Below, piece after piece: positions 1-13,300 of a DNA stretch of 64,000 bases. Below the pieces are notes generated by a model. The model saw only the letters and a list, made by a program, of their open reading frames with translations. It ran no database searches and was not told where the DNA came from. Each line of letters opens with the position of its first letter. Within the stretch, counting starts at the first letter, position 1. The position numbers were made by a program, and so were the translations under genes. Origin of the DNA: Paramecium tetraurelia (taxonomy: Eukaryota); the NCBI GenBank assembly GCA_000165425.1, contig CT867986.1, positions 511,399 to 575,398 on the forward strand, read 5' to 3'.

Positions 1-124
1 CAGCAAATGTTCTCTCGTAATGTTCTTGTCGAAGCTTTGTGTTCAATTTGCCTACATACTACTCCTATGATCTTCTTTGGTAGATTAATTGTTCAGAACG
101 GTTACGAGTAGAACTTTATATCAT
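1..124 (-). CDS. 5' end of a coiled-coil protein running off the window (possibly CFAP53/trichoplein-like ciliary protein)
   Basis: ATG at 124 gives MIQSSTRNRSEQLIYQRRSQEQYVGKLNTKLRQEHYERTFA in the ciliate code, preceded by an AT-rich leader. The family assignment is only a weak resemblance. Confidence 0.5.
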
Positions 125-713
125 ATTTAATTTAATAATTTTCTTTAAGACAAGAACTATTCACTCAGGTTGAGCAATTCACCCAATAATCAAATTTTGA
201 CACTATTCTCTCCTATCTTTATATAAAATTGGGCTAATGTGATTTTTTATTACTACTTATAATCAAAAGTTAAAGTTAGAATAACATTACCAATTTGTAG
301 AACTCAGTAACCGTATCTTCTCTAATACTTTATCATCTTATAATGAATGCTATAAAGCTATTTTTATCTCCTCATCAAAGTCTGAGACTATCATTTTAAT
401 TGCAATCTCTTCCTTCAATCTCTTTCATTAGCTAGAATATTCTATTTATGGATTCTGTCCCCTACAAACACTTGTGCTCAATTATTAAACATCTCAATTT
501 TTATGCATTAATCTTATCTAATTCATTATTATTTGCTAACGTAAGATTATCATTTTTATTTTCCACAGAAATAGACTTTTCCTGTTAAATAGGCTGAAAT
601 CTTAAGCATTCTTTTCATCTTACAAACTTTAATTATAAAGCAAAATTTAAGAGGTTCACTTAATTTACTTATTTCTTTTAAATTACTAAAAGTATTAATT
701 ACTATTTAAAATA

Positions 714-1201
714 ATGAATTAAGACTTAGATCAGAAGTCAATAGTATGAAAAGATTATCATAATAATAGGATTAAATAATAGACAAAAAGTTAGCTATTA
801 TGGAGGCTGAATATGAGCTGTTTAAGAAATACGACAATCCAAATTACAAAGGAGCTGACTATCCAATTGATTAAATTAATAATTAAAGCAATGATAATCA
901 ATAAAAAGAAAATGATGATGAAGAACAAGATCAAGGTAAAGATAAGGATGAAAACATGAATTTAGACGAAGATGATGAATTTTAAGAATATCAAGGCTAT
1001 GAAAAAATGGAAGAGAATTCTGATAAAGAAGAAGAAGATGATATAAATTATGATCAAGTAGAGCATGTCGATCCATTTGCTAAACCTTTAGATGTAGATT
1101 TAATTAAGAAATGCATGGCAGAAATCCATATGCCCACTCCTGCATGGGCTTAAAATTTATAAGGATGGGAATAAAGATTGAGTTAAATGAAATAGTTATG
1201 A
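714..1201 (+). CDS. Male-enhanced antigen 1 (MEA1)-like small acidic protein
   Basis: One ~26-nt intron (gtatgaa..aatag), an acidic middle, and a C-terminus DLIKKCMAEIHMPTPAWAQNLQGWEQRL resembling the MEA1 'M..I.LP..P.WA....W' motif. TGA at 1199-1201. Confidence 0.65.
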
Positions 1202-1225
1202 TAAGTTTTTAGAAAAACAAAAAAA

Positions 1226-3689
1226 TCAGTAACCAATAGTTGCTAATGTTACTAGCAATGTAGCACATGTTTCAGCCTTATTTTCATCCAAATCAAGATT
1301 ATCCAAAATAGCCATTTTTATATGCTACTTTCCCAAATCTTCTTAATGAGAACACAGTTTTGCTAGTTTATATAATTATTCAAAATGTTATCCTAATTTT
1401 ATTTCTAGTTTATCTCTCAAAATTCTAGAACCACTCTGGTTTCCTCGTTGAGGTTCTGGTTAGGATTTTGAAGTATTCACAATTTAGATTTATTCTGAGT
1501 TGCCTTACATCCAAGTATTTACTTGCTTTTTGGGATGTAAGGTATCGGTATTTTCTCTAAAATCTTCGCTTGAATCTTCTGAGTATATTCTAGATCCTTC
1601 AGAATCGTTATCTCCTTATGTTGGAGGCTCCTCTATTTTTTTAGGTTGTTCTGACTAAATATAATAGAATCTATATAATTACAAGCACATTCTTCAATTC
1701 ATTTATCATCTCTTTCATATCCTCTTCACTGTTTCTTTTTTTAATTACTTATGGTTTTTTTTAGAACGGATCCTTATATATGATTTTATAGATTTTTTTT
1801 TTATTTTTTTCTTCATCTGTTTTTGAAGTAGATGTCTTACTTGGTTGTTTGGTAGGTTTTTTCTAAGTAACATCAAATACTTAAAGCTAATTTTAGAAGT
1901 CAAATGCAGCAGTATCAACAGTTTGTTTGTTATTTTAAATTTATTATTATTCTTCTGAAGTTTAAAAGTCACTAATGGTAGTTTTGTCTAATAATTTCTA
2001 TTCTGGAGTTTCTGATATTTTTTCCAATTATTGTTATTATTAAAATACTAATTAATGCTATTAAGTTGTAATTATTTCTTCAGATATCTTCCTCTCTCTC
2101 TGTTTCTTAATAAATTATTCCAATAATTTAGGCTTGGCGTGAACTCTATATATCGGTTTGATAACTTCTTCTTCAGATTTTTATCCTAATTTTATTTTTT
2201 AGATTTAATCCAATTTAGATAATCCCTTAATATTTTTAATGTGAGGCTTATCTAAGACATTTTAAAAAAACTTAGGACTTCCTTATTCGCTATTTTTGGT
2301 CCCTTCTTCCAATATCTGATCAGAACCTTAAAAAGAATCAGGACTTTCTTTAGTTACAAATCTAGAGTTTTTTTATTTATGTGCAATTCCCAAATCTGGT
2401 GTTGATGGTTGAATTCGCTAACTAGGTAGCTAATATAATTATTATCGACTCGTTTGTTGTCTTGAAATTGGAGGTCTTTCAGGCTTTGATAGTTTAATTT
2501 CTGGTAATTTCCTAAGGTCAGTGTTTTTTCTTTATTTTTATTAACAGATAGGAGGACTTTTGATGCCAGGTAATTATTATTATTATTATTATTGTTATTG
2601 TTATTGTTATTGTTATTATGTTTAGTTTCTACTTTTTGGAGTCTATTCCGTTTGATCTACTTTAAGATCTTAATCATCTATTAATGGTATAGTGGTATCC
2701 GTTAATTGAATCTATTGATTATGTAAAATGGTATGATCAAATTCGCTTCTCTTCATGGTTTCAGATAGAAAGTTCTTTATTCTATTTGTGATGATTGGCA
2801 TTTTTAATATCTAATGGACATCTGGTCTTTTCTCAGGATTCACTGTCAGAAGTTAATTCACAAGGCTACCTTTGATTAATAATGAGTGTTGATTTACGTT
2901 CTCAATTATGACGAATAGTTATTTGAGATAGCTTAATACTGCCCACGAACTATTTTTAATGCTAGTGATGCTAACGAGTCTGCATTGAACGGAGGAGTTT
3001 TAGCACACATCTAAGATATAATTCTCTTGAATACTTCGTATAATATGACTCCCAAAGACCAAACATCACCTTTAAAACTATAAGGTTTGTTTTCTAGCAA
3101 TTCTGGAGCCAAATAATATGGAGTACCGACCATTGTATGTGCTTTGTCACGAGTGTTATCTAGCAATCTTGCAATTCCAAAATCTCCCAACCTTATCCTC
3201 ATATCCTTTGTAAGGAACATGTTTTATGTTTTAATATCTCGGTGAATGACTTTACGATCATGACAATGTTTGATTGCTAAACACATTTAAGTAAACCAAT
3301 CTAAAATTCTGGATTCTGGGATAGAACCTTCATAATTTTTAATCAATTGTGCCAGATCTCCTCCTATTTTGAATCAATTAATTATTATTTATACCCTCAG
3401 CATAATCCATTACAATACATAATTTCCCTTTGACAGTTTTGTAAACCTCTCTAAAGTTGATGATGTTGGGATGCTTTAGTTGAGCCATGATTCTAAACTC
3501 TTAATAGGTTTCCTAATCGTTTTAAATTCTCTTTACTTTTTTTTCCTCCTCACTTAAATACCTCATATCCATCTGCTTAATTACGCAAAGAGAATGATCT
3601 TTCAAGGACTCACACAAGTAGGCTTTCCCAAACGATCCTTATCCCAGCAAGCGAATTCTCTTGTAAACATCTGATTCTTTAGGTCTCAT
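1226..3689 (-). CDS. NEK: NIMA-related (NEK) Ser/Thr kinase with long Q/P-rich C-terminal tail
   Basis: [71 protein letters not shown]. Several ~25-nt introns. Ends LATIGY-TGA. Confidence 0.93.
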
Positions 3690-3833
3690 TTAATAAATTA
3701 ACTTAATATTTGATCGATAAGTTACACGACAATAATATGTAGCGAACAAAAAAATACATATACATCTATTATACTATACAAAGCGATTGGTTTATAATTG
3801 CAAATTATTAATATTAAGAATTCATTATTTTTT

Positions 3834-4533
3834 ATGTCTGGATCTATTACAAATTTTAGTTCGAATATACATTAAGTGCCTATTAAGGATTTGTTTAGCA
3901 ACTATCCAGACAATCAAAGTGAAGAATAGGAATAGAAAATCATTGAATAATTAACCTCTTAGCCTATTTATGTTAATTAGTAATTTGTAAAGGATTGGAT
4001 AGTTTTCACAAAAGATTTACTCAGAAAGTAACAGGAGGCACAGTAGGCAGAGACAAATTTATAAAATTTACAGATATTGTATCTGTAGGCTAAGGGTGAG
4101 CTAAAGGTAATTAATATATAAAATAATCAAGAGAAAAGAAATGTTTGGCAGTGCGACAACAGCCGAATTGTTAATGAGTTAAAATTTCAAGGAAAAATTA
4201 ATCACAGATAAACTCAAAAGCATATAGGAGTAGCTCTAAAAGAAAAAAGACGATGTTCCTAATTTGATATATGTAGATATTTTCGCCGCTAAAATTGAGA
4301 GTTAAGACATCTTAATATAAGCTAAAGAATTACTGGAATAATTAGAATAGTACAATACGGATTTATTAAATCGATCATAAGATCAAGAACTAAGTTTTCA
4401 ATTATTATCAACCGGTTCCTAAAACTTTTCAGATGAATAAACTTGGAGAATGAATTAGCAACAGCAGTAAAATTAAAGAGAAAACACAAACCCTGATTTG
4501 GGATCATAGAATGATTATACTATACAATCATGA
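3834..4533 (+). CDS. Hypothetical coiled-coil protein
   Basis: ATG 3834 (MSGSITNFSS), two short GT-AG introns, open to TGA 4531-4533 in the ciliate code. Confidence 0.65.
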
Positions 4534-4565
4534 ATTTAATTATTTATCTAATATATAAGATTATC

Positions 4566-7300
4566 TCACACACCTCCTTTATTTTAGATAGCTCCATGCA
4601 ATTCACAAAGATAGTCAGCATATGATTTTTCAAGTTGCTATTCGTCCTCAACCAATTTTGATTGTACTAAAGAAGCCTATGGAGAACTACCCATATGTTA
4701 TTATAAAATACTTCTAGCGAACAACTCTTACAGGAACATAAGTGCCACCTCTGATCTACTGTAATGATTCGATGATATTTTAGACTTTGGTGCTGTAATC
4801 AGTCTCAATTTTTGTAAATAATTCTATCGAGTTTAGTTCTGCAAAAGAGTTCACTCCAAATAGCTAATATTTGATGATTAAATTACATTCTATAATAATT
4901 ATTAATCTGCATTCTATCCGACATAAATATATATGAATTAGCTTGTATCTAAGAGGTAAATTCCGTCTGATTTTATTTTATCGATTGTGGTGGCAATATT
5001 GTGTGGCAATGCTGTCTTTTCTTCGTCAGTCATAGTACCCACATAATATTTGTCAGCCACAAGTTAATTATTAATGTCATGAATTGGGAACAGTTTAGGA
5101 TAAAAGAAATTATTTAGAAAATGCATTGATTGAGTCAAAACTAAATGAATTTCAAAGATTCTATTATCTATTCTCACATTTCCGTATTTCAGTAGATCAC
5201 GCTTTGATAGAGTTTATAAATAAAGAGGTAAGATTTTAATGGCTTCTGGTAAAATCAGCTATCCTGAAGGACTATTGCTCGAGCACTAAATTAAATATGA
5301 ATAATACATATTTTCGATAAGCATGTAAGATATTGACAACTGACTCGAATAGAGTTTGTCTAATTTGTTTAATCGGTTGAACCATGATGTTTGGTAGATT
5401 CTTCCTGCTTAGTAAGGTAGCAATGCAATCGACATCTCCAGTTTTGAAAATGTTGTGCCATGCATTGTTTCCACTGTTTTTATTAACAACTTACAATTGT
5501 AAATTGAACACTCGAATCACTCTCTGTCCTTATTAATTAGTGAATAATAATGCATATTAGATATAGGCTTCAGGATCCAATATCTTTTCCTCTTACTTCA
5601 ACATAATAGCAATGGATTGATCTGAATTTAGAGTAGACAATTCCAAATCTCTAACAGATATTTTTCCACCTCCAGTATAATAATCAAACAATATAATTCC
5701 TGGAGAAGTTCTGACAGTCATGATGAGATCATAAGCATAAGACCTTGTAAGGTTCCTATATAATGCATAATGTAATTCTGTTCCATTAATTTATTAGTTG
5801 TAATGAGGGTAAAAATAAATGCTGCCCCCAGTTAAATTTGAAACTGGAGAGACAGTAGCTAATTCAAAATTTTCATCGTTCGCTACAAATAAGTCAACTG
5901 AGATGTGATTCCTGAGACATGTTTGTCCTAACTTCACATAAGCTTGATCGTTAGGTTAATAAAACAACTTCTCTTAATCAGTACCGAATAATTTAGTGTC
6001 AGTTGGTTTTTATGGTAGTTTGCCTATTCCATATCTCGGTGCTGAACATCCAAAATACAATATACGTCCACTTCTGGGTTACATCAATTAGACTGCATTT
6101 GATAACACTGTTCCAACAGAAACAAGTTAATTTGCCTATTGAGTAATGGTTTCCCCAAACTTACTGAGCTTCTCTAACATATAATCAATTTTATCTCTGT
6201 CATTCTCTATGTTTAAGAATAGCTTCTCTGGTGGAAGTGGCACATTAGCTTCATCAATTTCACTAACTACTATTATTTAAGGTTCTCCAGTTAAGGTTTT
6301 AGGAATGTTATAAAATTAAATTTTTGAATCAAATGTTATAAATGCAACGTCTGTTTTATCTGGATATGGAATGGTATCCAAAATTGATTGAAGAGAGGAA
6401 ATCACTTAGGAGTACAAACCCTTAGCCACTGATATTTGAGTCAACTCTATACAGAACAATATCAAAGTGTTCTTAATCTCCTTTTTTATATAACTAGTAG
6501 GGGCTATAGATTTCATAACAACCTTTATTTAACTCATCTCTTTAAAATTTATCACCTCTTTAGTTTCCCTAACCCAACACACAATAATAATCAGGTGGCA
6601 CCTAATTCTTCATTTTACAAATGTTGCACACATAGATATTACCTCCTTAACCAAATTAAAAGTAAGGACTAACATATGCTTTACATCTCTAGCAACGCAA
6701 TGGTTCACTCGTAAATTCTACTTAAGGCAATTCTGATTCAAAAAGAGATGGTTCCATTAGTGGCTAAACAACGATACCAAATGGAATCTCTGTTTATTGT
6801 AGAATAGAGGGCTCATTTCCTATTGCATATACTGAACTTCTCATATATCTAGGACCGCAATTTCCTTCATCAAAAGTCTAATAAAATTGATGCACAGAAG
6901 GAGGGTGATATAAAGGGGCAGGAGCTGTTGAGAACCTCTTATAAATATTAATAAATACTATTAATACAGGATAGATTCCTCTGACTTTACATATGGTCTA
7001 GGAATCTAATCAACATCTATTTTTGATGGTTTTCGCTACTACTCTACCTATTATTGGGGAAATATTTATTAAGGTTAATGTGGTTGTTATTGTTGGTATT
7101 ATTATTGACCTGCATGTTATTATTATTATGCATTGTATTATTATTAATGATTATCTTGTTATGGCTATTAGTATGCATTTGCTTATCTTTATTGCACAGG
7201 AGGCTATTATATAGGTTATTCAGGTTCTCGATTGATTGGCTATTACTATTGAGTTCTTCTTAAATGAGGTGGCAGATCTACGTTCTTCCATTATTGAACA
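4566..7300 (-). CDS. SEC24: COPII cargo adaptor Sec24 (C/D-type); start codon unresolved
   Basis: Q/P-rich N-terminus, KIDVDQIPRPY, DEGNCGPRYMRSS, Zn finger LRCQRCKAY..VCNIC, YAYDLIMTVRTSPGI, and C-terminal SYADYLCELHGAIQ..TGA. Confidence 0.9.
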
Positions 7301-7348
7301 CGTAAAATTATTAATTAAATTTAATTATTTCATAAGTTATTTATAAGC

Positions 7349-10300
7349 TCATTCTTTGAATTCTTCTGATTTCTACTTTGAAACTTTAGCAGAATTAATA
7401 GCTAAAACAATTACAATATATATATACATAATGTCTTTTAGCCTTACTTATCATAGTCTCGATGTTATTTTGGATCATATGGCCATTTCTCTATAAGTTC
7501 TAATGGATTTTCTAGATAACTTCCTTAACCAAAATTGACTTTCAATCCATAAATTTTACCCTAAATGATAAAATCTATATAATACCCAAAATGAAGGATG
7601 ACCAATGTCATTGATGATATGTAAATAGAATTCATTAGGTATGATATGTTGTACAGAAAGCTCTTTTTTCTTGAGGTCCTTCTGGCAATAAAACGTATGC
7701 CCCCTTGCATGACCTTTTTCGTATCCAAAGTAAACAAATGTCCATTGGTTTTTTATTAATTCAAATGAATGGGAAACTGGTTCAAATAAAGGATCCTTTA
7801 TAGTGTATGTACTGGCCAACAATTCATCAGTTTTTGTAAAAACAGCAAGTGTGCGATCTCCTATGAATTTTTCATCCCCTGCTATATCTTGACTATTAGT
7901 AGTTAATCTCACTAATCCTCTAAAATCATTTTCCATTTCAGGTAATAAAACAGCTGTTTGATACCAAAAACCAAAGCTATATGAATGAACCTAAGACCTA
8001 TCAGCGAATTCATAATTGAGTTTATCCTTTTTAGTATCCATATCCTCCCAATTGGTTGTATCCATCATAGAAACAGGCCATACAAAATCATCAGCTTGTT
8101 GTGGAAAAACAGGTAGTGAGCGATGTAATTTATGTATCATCTCAACTACTTTTTGTGAGTCATTGATGAAGCTACCAGAACCTAAGAAAATCCTTGGATC
8201 AAAATACCAGCCATGAAATGCTTTGTAACCGAATTCACTTGCTCCCAATACAAAATGTGCATATCCAGTCAACACCTAATGGGTGACATCTAAAGTGAGA
8301 TGAGCTGCCTTCTATTGTTCTTTAAACAATATCATTCCATAGAACTATTTATTTTTATATGCAGCATAAACATAGGTCCATTCTCCTTCAATGTTCTCAT
8401 ATGGCAATTAACCATCAACAGCATTTGCTGGTTTAGATGCATCATAAGTACTGAACTCATAATTTCCATAAGTAAGAAATGCTGATAAAACTCTATTTCC
8501 TAATTCACTCTTATCTTAGTATTATCTTTTATTTGAGAACCTAAATATTGTATGCACATCCGATCTGTCAATTAATGTGGTAGGGAATGCAATCAGCCAT
8601 CTTGTCCAGACACCTACAGCATATTCATCAACAGATTCTGTCTCTTCTGTAAAGGTTACTTCTAATTTTTCAGGGGTTTGGATAATGTGACTCTCTTTTT
8701 CAGACCATAGATGTTTTTGATTGATCTGAATGTGTCTAAAGTTAGGTAAATGGTCTTAATATCCTTTCTTTAAAACATCCACAAATGCACCTTATCCATA
8801 TTAAGCAACCCATTTTTAAAGATCACCTTGGAATTTTCTTGAATGTGGATCCTTCCCAACATAAATACCAATGAAATGAGGCACAAAATGCTAGACTCCA
8901 TTAAAAATGACTGGTTTGTCTTCTGCAAATAGATGCAACAATGTGTGAATCTGACCTGCATCTTCATTATAAGCCATATAAATATACGACCAAGCCTTTT
9001 TTGATTCAATAAGTTCAACCTTTTCCTCCAGGAATTTCGCCTCATTCCAATCTTTAAGTCCTTTAAGAGTGTAGGTACTCAATTTAATTGTATCACCTGC
9101 ACATATCTAAGCATGTAATGCTCGATCTCCTTATAATTTACGATCATTCAAATGCTCTTTATCATTATTAGTTATTCTAAACAATATTTAACAATTAGAG
9201 TTTATCTCTCCTTCTTTTTTTACTTAAGTTTCTGAGATCTTAAACCAACCAGATATAGCATATTCACCCACTCCACTCCAAGTGTCTCCAGTGCTTTCAC
9301 TACCTTCATTATTGTCCCCTTCTCCAATCAACTATTATTAACCATGTTTCTGTTTGTGAATGTATTCTACTGTCAATTCTTAAGGCAAGGCAAAACTAGA
9401 GTCAATTGATTTTAATAGTTCTTCGCCGTCATTTATAAATGATCCAACTCCAAAATGAGCAGCTATTTATGTCAATAAACCTTAGAATGGAGATATTTCA
9501 TTTTCTCCTCCTAAAATCAAATTTACATAATCTCCAAGTGGTTTATGCAATAATTTCTCATTTGTAGCATACTTAATCTCCTCACCATTGAAAACAAAAT
9601 AATTCGCTTACTACAACTACCTCTTATAACCAACATAGATGTAGTGCCATTTACCTTCTAGGTTTGAATAGGGTATAGTGCTGATTTCATTTGGAGCATC
9701 ATCATTTAAATCATACGTACCAAATAAATAATTATCTAGAATAACATAAGCACTCAAAACCCTGTCTCCAATTGCAATTCTACCACTATCTCTTTCATCA
9801 TTATATGTGAGTCTGAAAATTTACATCTCTGTTGGAGTATGCCACTATCTCTCTGGCCAAGCTTATAAATATCTTGCCCATAAACCAACTGAGTATTCTT
9901 AAACGCTCTCTATTTATCTGTCTGGTTCAGCAAATGTAATTTTCTATCCCAATTTATCAGGGTCACTTGATACCAATGTTATTGTATCATCTGCTTCCCA
10001 ATCAAATTTACTATCAGAACTAAATAATTTTGGTGCTGCCAAATAAACTGAAAGAGTATGAAAATTGTCTTCTCTATAACTGCCATCCCCTATATTTAAA
10101 ATAACTTAGGCAAGTCTACTATCAAAGGGTTTGATCAAAGCATCCCTTGTTAAAAATAACCAATAGTTAGATGAAACTGCATGCAAAGCAACTTCTAATC
10201 CTTAATGCTCTTCTTCATCAGCCTATAAATAATAACTAACTTTCTCATTATGCTTTGAATATCCAAAGTACACAAAAGTCCATACCTCCAATTACTATGA

Positions 10301-13300
10301 TGGAATCTAAGCTTCATATGAATTTGATAAAGAAAATGGGTTTAAACTGTAAGTACTGAACTCTATGCCATCTGTATGAAATAGAGCCAAAGTCCTATCT
10401 CCTATTTTTTATGCATCTGCTAAGCTGTCAGGATTGGTGGATGTGAATCTATATATCAATTATTGTGTTTTGACTGACTATTTGAACCATCTAAACCACA
10501 ATTAGATGCTGTACTCTCTAGCCTCTTCATTTATATGGGTGATATGGTGTTCTTCTTCGATTGTAGCAACATCATGCTTTCCTATCAAAACTTCATAATT
10601 CTTTGTTGGTGATAGAGTATCTGGAATAGTGTCCTTATTTTTTATCCTTTGTAACAAACCTTATTTCGAGTCAACATAAGATCCAGGTCCCAAATTGAAA
10701 CGAATTGTTGTGATTTGACCATTGAATGTTGAATAATATTTTCCTGCATTACCTATAATTAATTACAAATAATCGTTTAATAATGAATGCATAACATCCA
10801 TCTAAATTCCAGAAGTAATTTATTTAAAATTGGAGAATGCCATTGCATGTCCTTGCGTTTATGAGATACGTTTATAACTGAAATAGAGATAGGTCCATTC
10901 ACTTTCAGATTCAATTTAATAGGGAATATCTCCTGCAACATTATTTGATTTTGTAATGACATCATATGTTGCAAAATGATATGAGGACTTTCCTAATAAA
11001 ATTAAAAGCACTCTGTCTCCTGGGGCATCAAAATCTTTGTAATCTCTATTAGTTGTTAATCTGCTCAATCCCATTAATTGTGGTCTGCTGTAAATTGTAT
11101 TTTTATTTGAGAAGTATTAAAATTTAACCCAATAACCATAACCATATTCACTGACACCATGTAAATGTAATTTATCACTTTGTTCAAATTCAATCTTTAA
11201 GGGAACATCTTTATTTTGGGATGAACACTCTAAGATAGTTTCTTCATTATGCGCTTCTTAACCAGCTTATTATAATTTGATGTGATCTGTTCCACTAATG
11301 AATCCAAAATGAACTTTGATATTTTCATTTTCATCAAAGCCACCTTCTCTAAAAGCGCCGTCTCCAACGTTAATCACCCATGTCTTAATTTAACCTATAA
11401 ATTTGGAGAATTATTGTTTCTCTTAAATTAATACTGAAAACACAGCTAAGTAAAAATGATTTACTTCTTCTTATCTGAATTCACTCTCTGTAAATGTGTA
11501 CTTCAAATACCCATATGTTTTTCTTAATGATTGAGAAAATCCATAATAAATATAAGTCCATTGATCTGCATATTCACCATATTATTCATCATGAGCAGCC
11601 AATTTATACTCTTCTTCATTTTGATTGTAAGTAATGAAAGTAAAGGCTTGATCTCCCCTTGTAATTTGTAAAGTTTCCTCATTTTTGCCATCCAAATCAT
11701 CTATTCTTTTTTAAGCCATAGTAATAAGATGAGCAATTTTTCCGGTTTTTAAAGGCCCATTCCATTTAACCCATCCTGATAATGCATATTCTTCAGCTCC
11801 TTGATACTTTTCGAATTCGAATTAGATTGGTTCTTCTTTAATTTATTGAGGAGCGCCAACTAATTACAATGTTTGTCTTGAAATTGGATGGATATAAGCA
11901 CTTTCTGGAAGAGAATTTTGAGTATATAATTTCAAAATATCAGTTGTTGAAATAAACGACCCTGGTCCAAAGGAGAAAGTAATCCTAGCCATTTCACCAT
12001 TGAATAATGGAGCAGCAGTTTTGCCAATTACGAATTCTACATATTCAAATAAAAAGTCATGATATGTATCAAAGCTGATTTCCTCTACTTCCCCATCAAC
12101 TCCATTTTGAACATATCCCTTGGCTAATCCTTTATCTACATGTCTCTTGTATCCAAAGTAAACATAATGCCAGCGACCTTCCAATACTGTGAATGGAAGT
12201 TCTTCCTTCTCTTCTAAGGTTTAAAATTCGTAAGAATCGGTTGTTAGTGCTATAGACAAAGTTGTATCCTTCGGCGTAGTTGGTCTGTTAGCATTTAATC
12301 TCACAAGTTTTCCATTAACCGAATCAATCACATACCCTTAAGTTCCCAATCTGGCTATATTATGGATTGGAGCTCTTTTATTCAAATATTTGGGCAATGT
12401 GCTCAACCATCTAGTCCACATTCCGAATGCATATTCACTTTATCCATTAATCTTCATGCCTTCATCATTGTGAATTATAATCTTATCAACAACATTTTCA
12501 GCAGAATCATATTGAACATATCTCGCAGAGGTTATGTCTCCACCAACATATGTCACAGGTTTACCCACTTAATAAACTGCCATTACTCCATCTCCATAGT
12601 TGAATGTCATTCCAAAGTCTAGTCCTTCTCTGTATGCTCCAGTTCCCAAATAAATACCAACATATCCAATCTTACCATTAAATGGAGATATCACATCATC
12701 GCCACCAAGAGTAACCATTAAATTATTTACTAATTTATGTTAGATCCCTTTAAATTAAATTTCTCCTACTTGTCCTGGCTTGATAAGAGCACCATATGCT
12801 CTACCACCATCATTATCATAGCCAAAGTATACGTAAGTCCAAATAAACTCTTAACTTTCAACTGTCTTTGATAAATATGATTATCCTTTTGCTTTACTTC
12901 CTTTAATTGTGTAAGTGTTAAAATAAATGGCACATTTTGCTCCTCCTCCGAAAGTATGATGCAATTCTAATGCTCTATCTCCTAAAACTCCTTTTCCTGG
13001 AGCTTTATTCTTGTTTGATCTTAAATTAACTATTTAAAATGTATTAGGTTCATCTACTTTAAGATCATCGATCCATCTAAACCATAATCCGACAGCATAT
13101 TCTTCAATAATTAATTATGATTCTTGTGGATCAAAATGGAATGACTCGCCCTATTCATTTCCATTGAAAGATTTTGGTTTCGTCAATATATTCTCATCAA
13201 TAACTGCAGGAACATTCTAAGGTGGATTACTCAAAGTCTTAAGCACTTCATCTAATGCATCATCCCCATCAATAAATGCTGGAGCATCAATATCATAAAA

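Noticed and set aside
2570..2620. (TTA/TTG)n microsatellite
   Set aside because: It is a poly-Gln tract (TAA/CAA codons) in the NEK tail.
7023..7263. Hydrophobic + strand ORFs resembling membrane peptides
   Set aside because: They are antisense to the Gln-rich Sec24 N-terminus.
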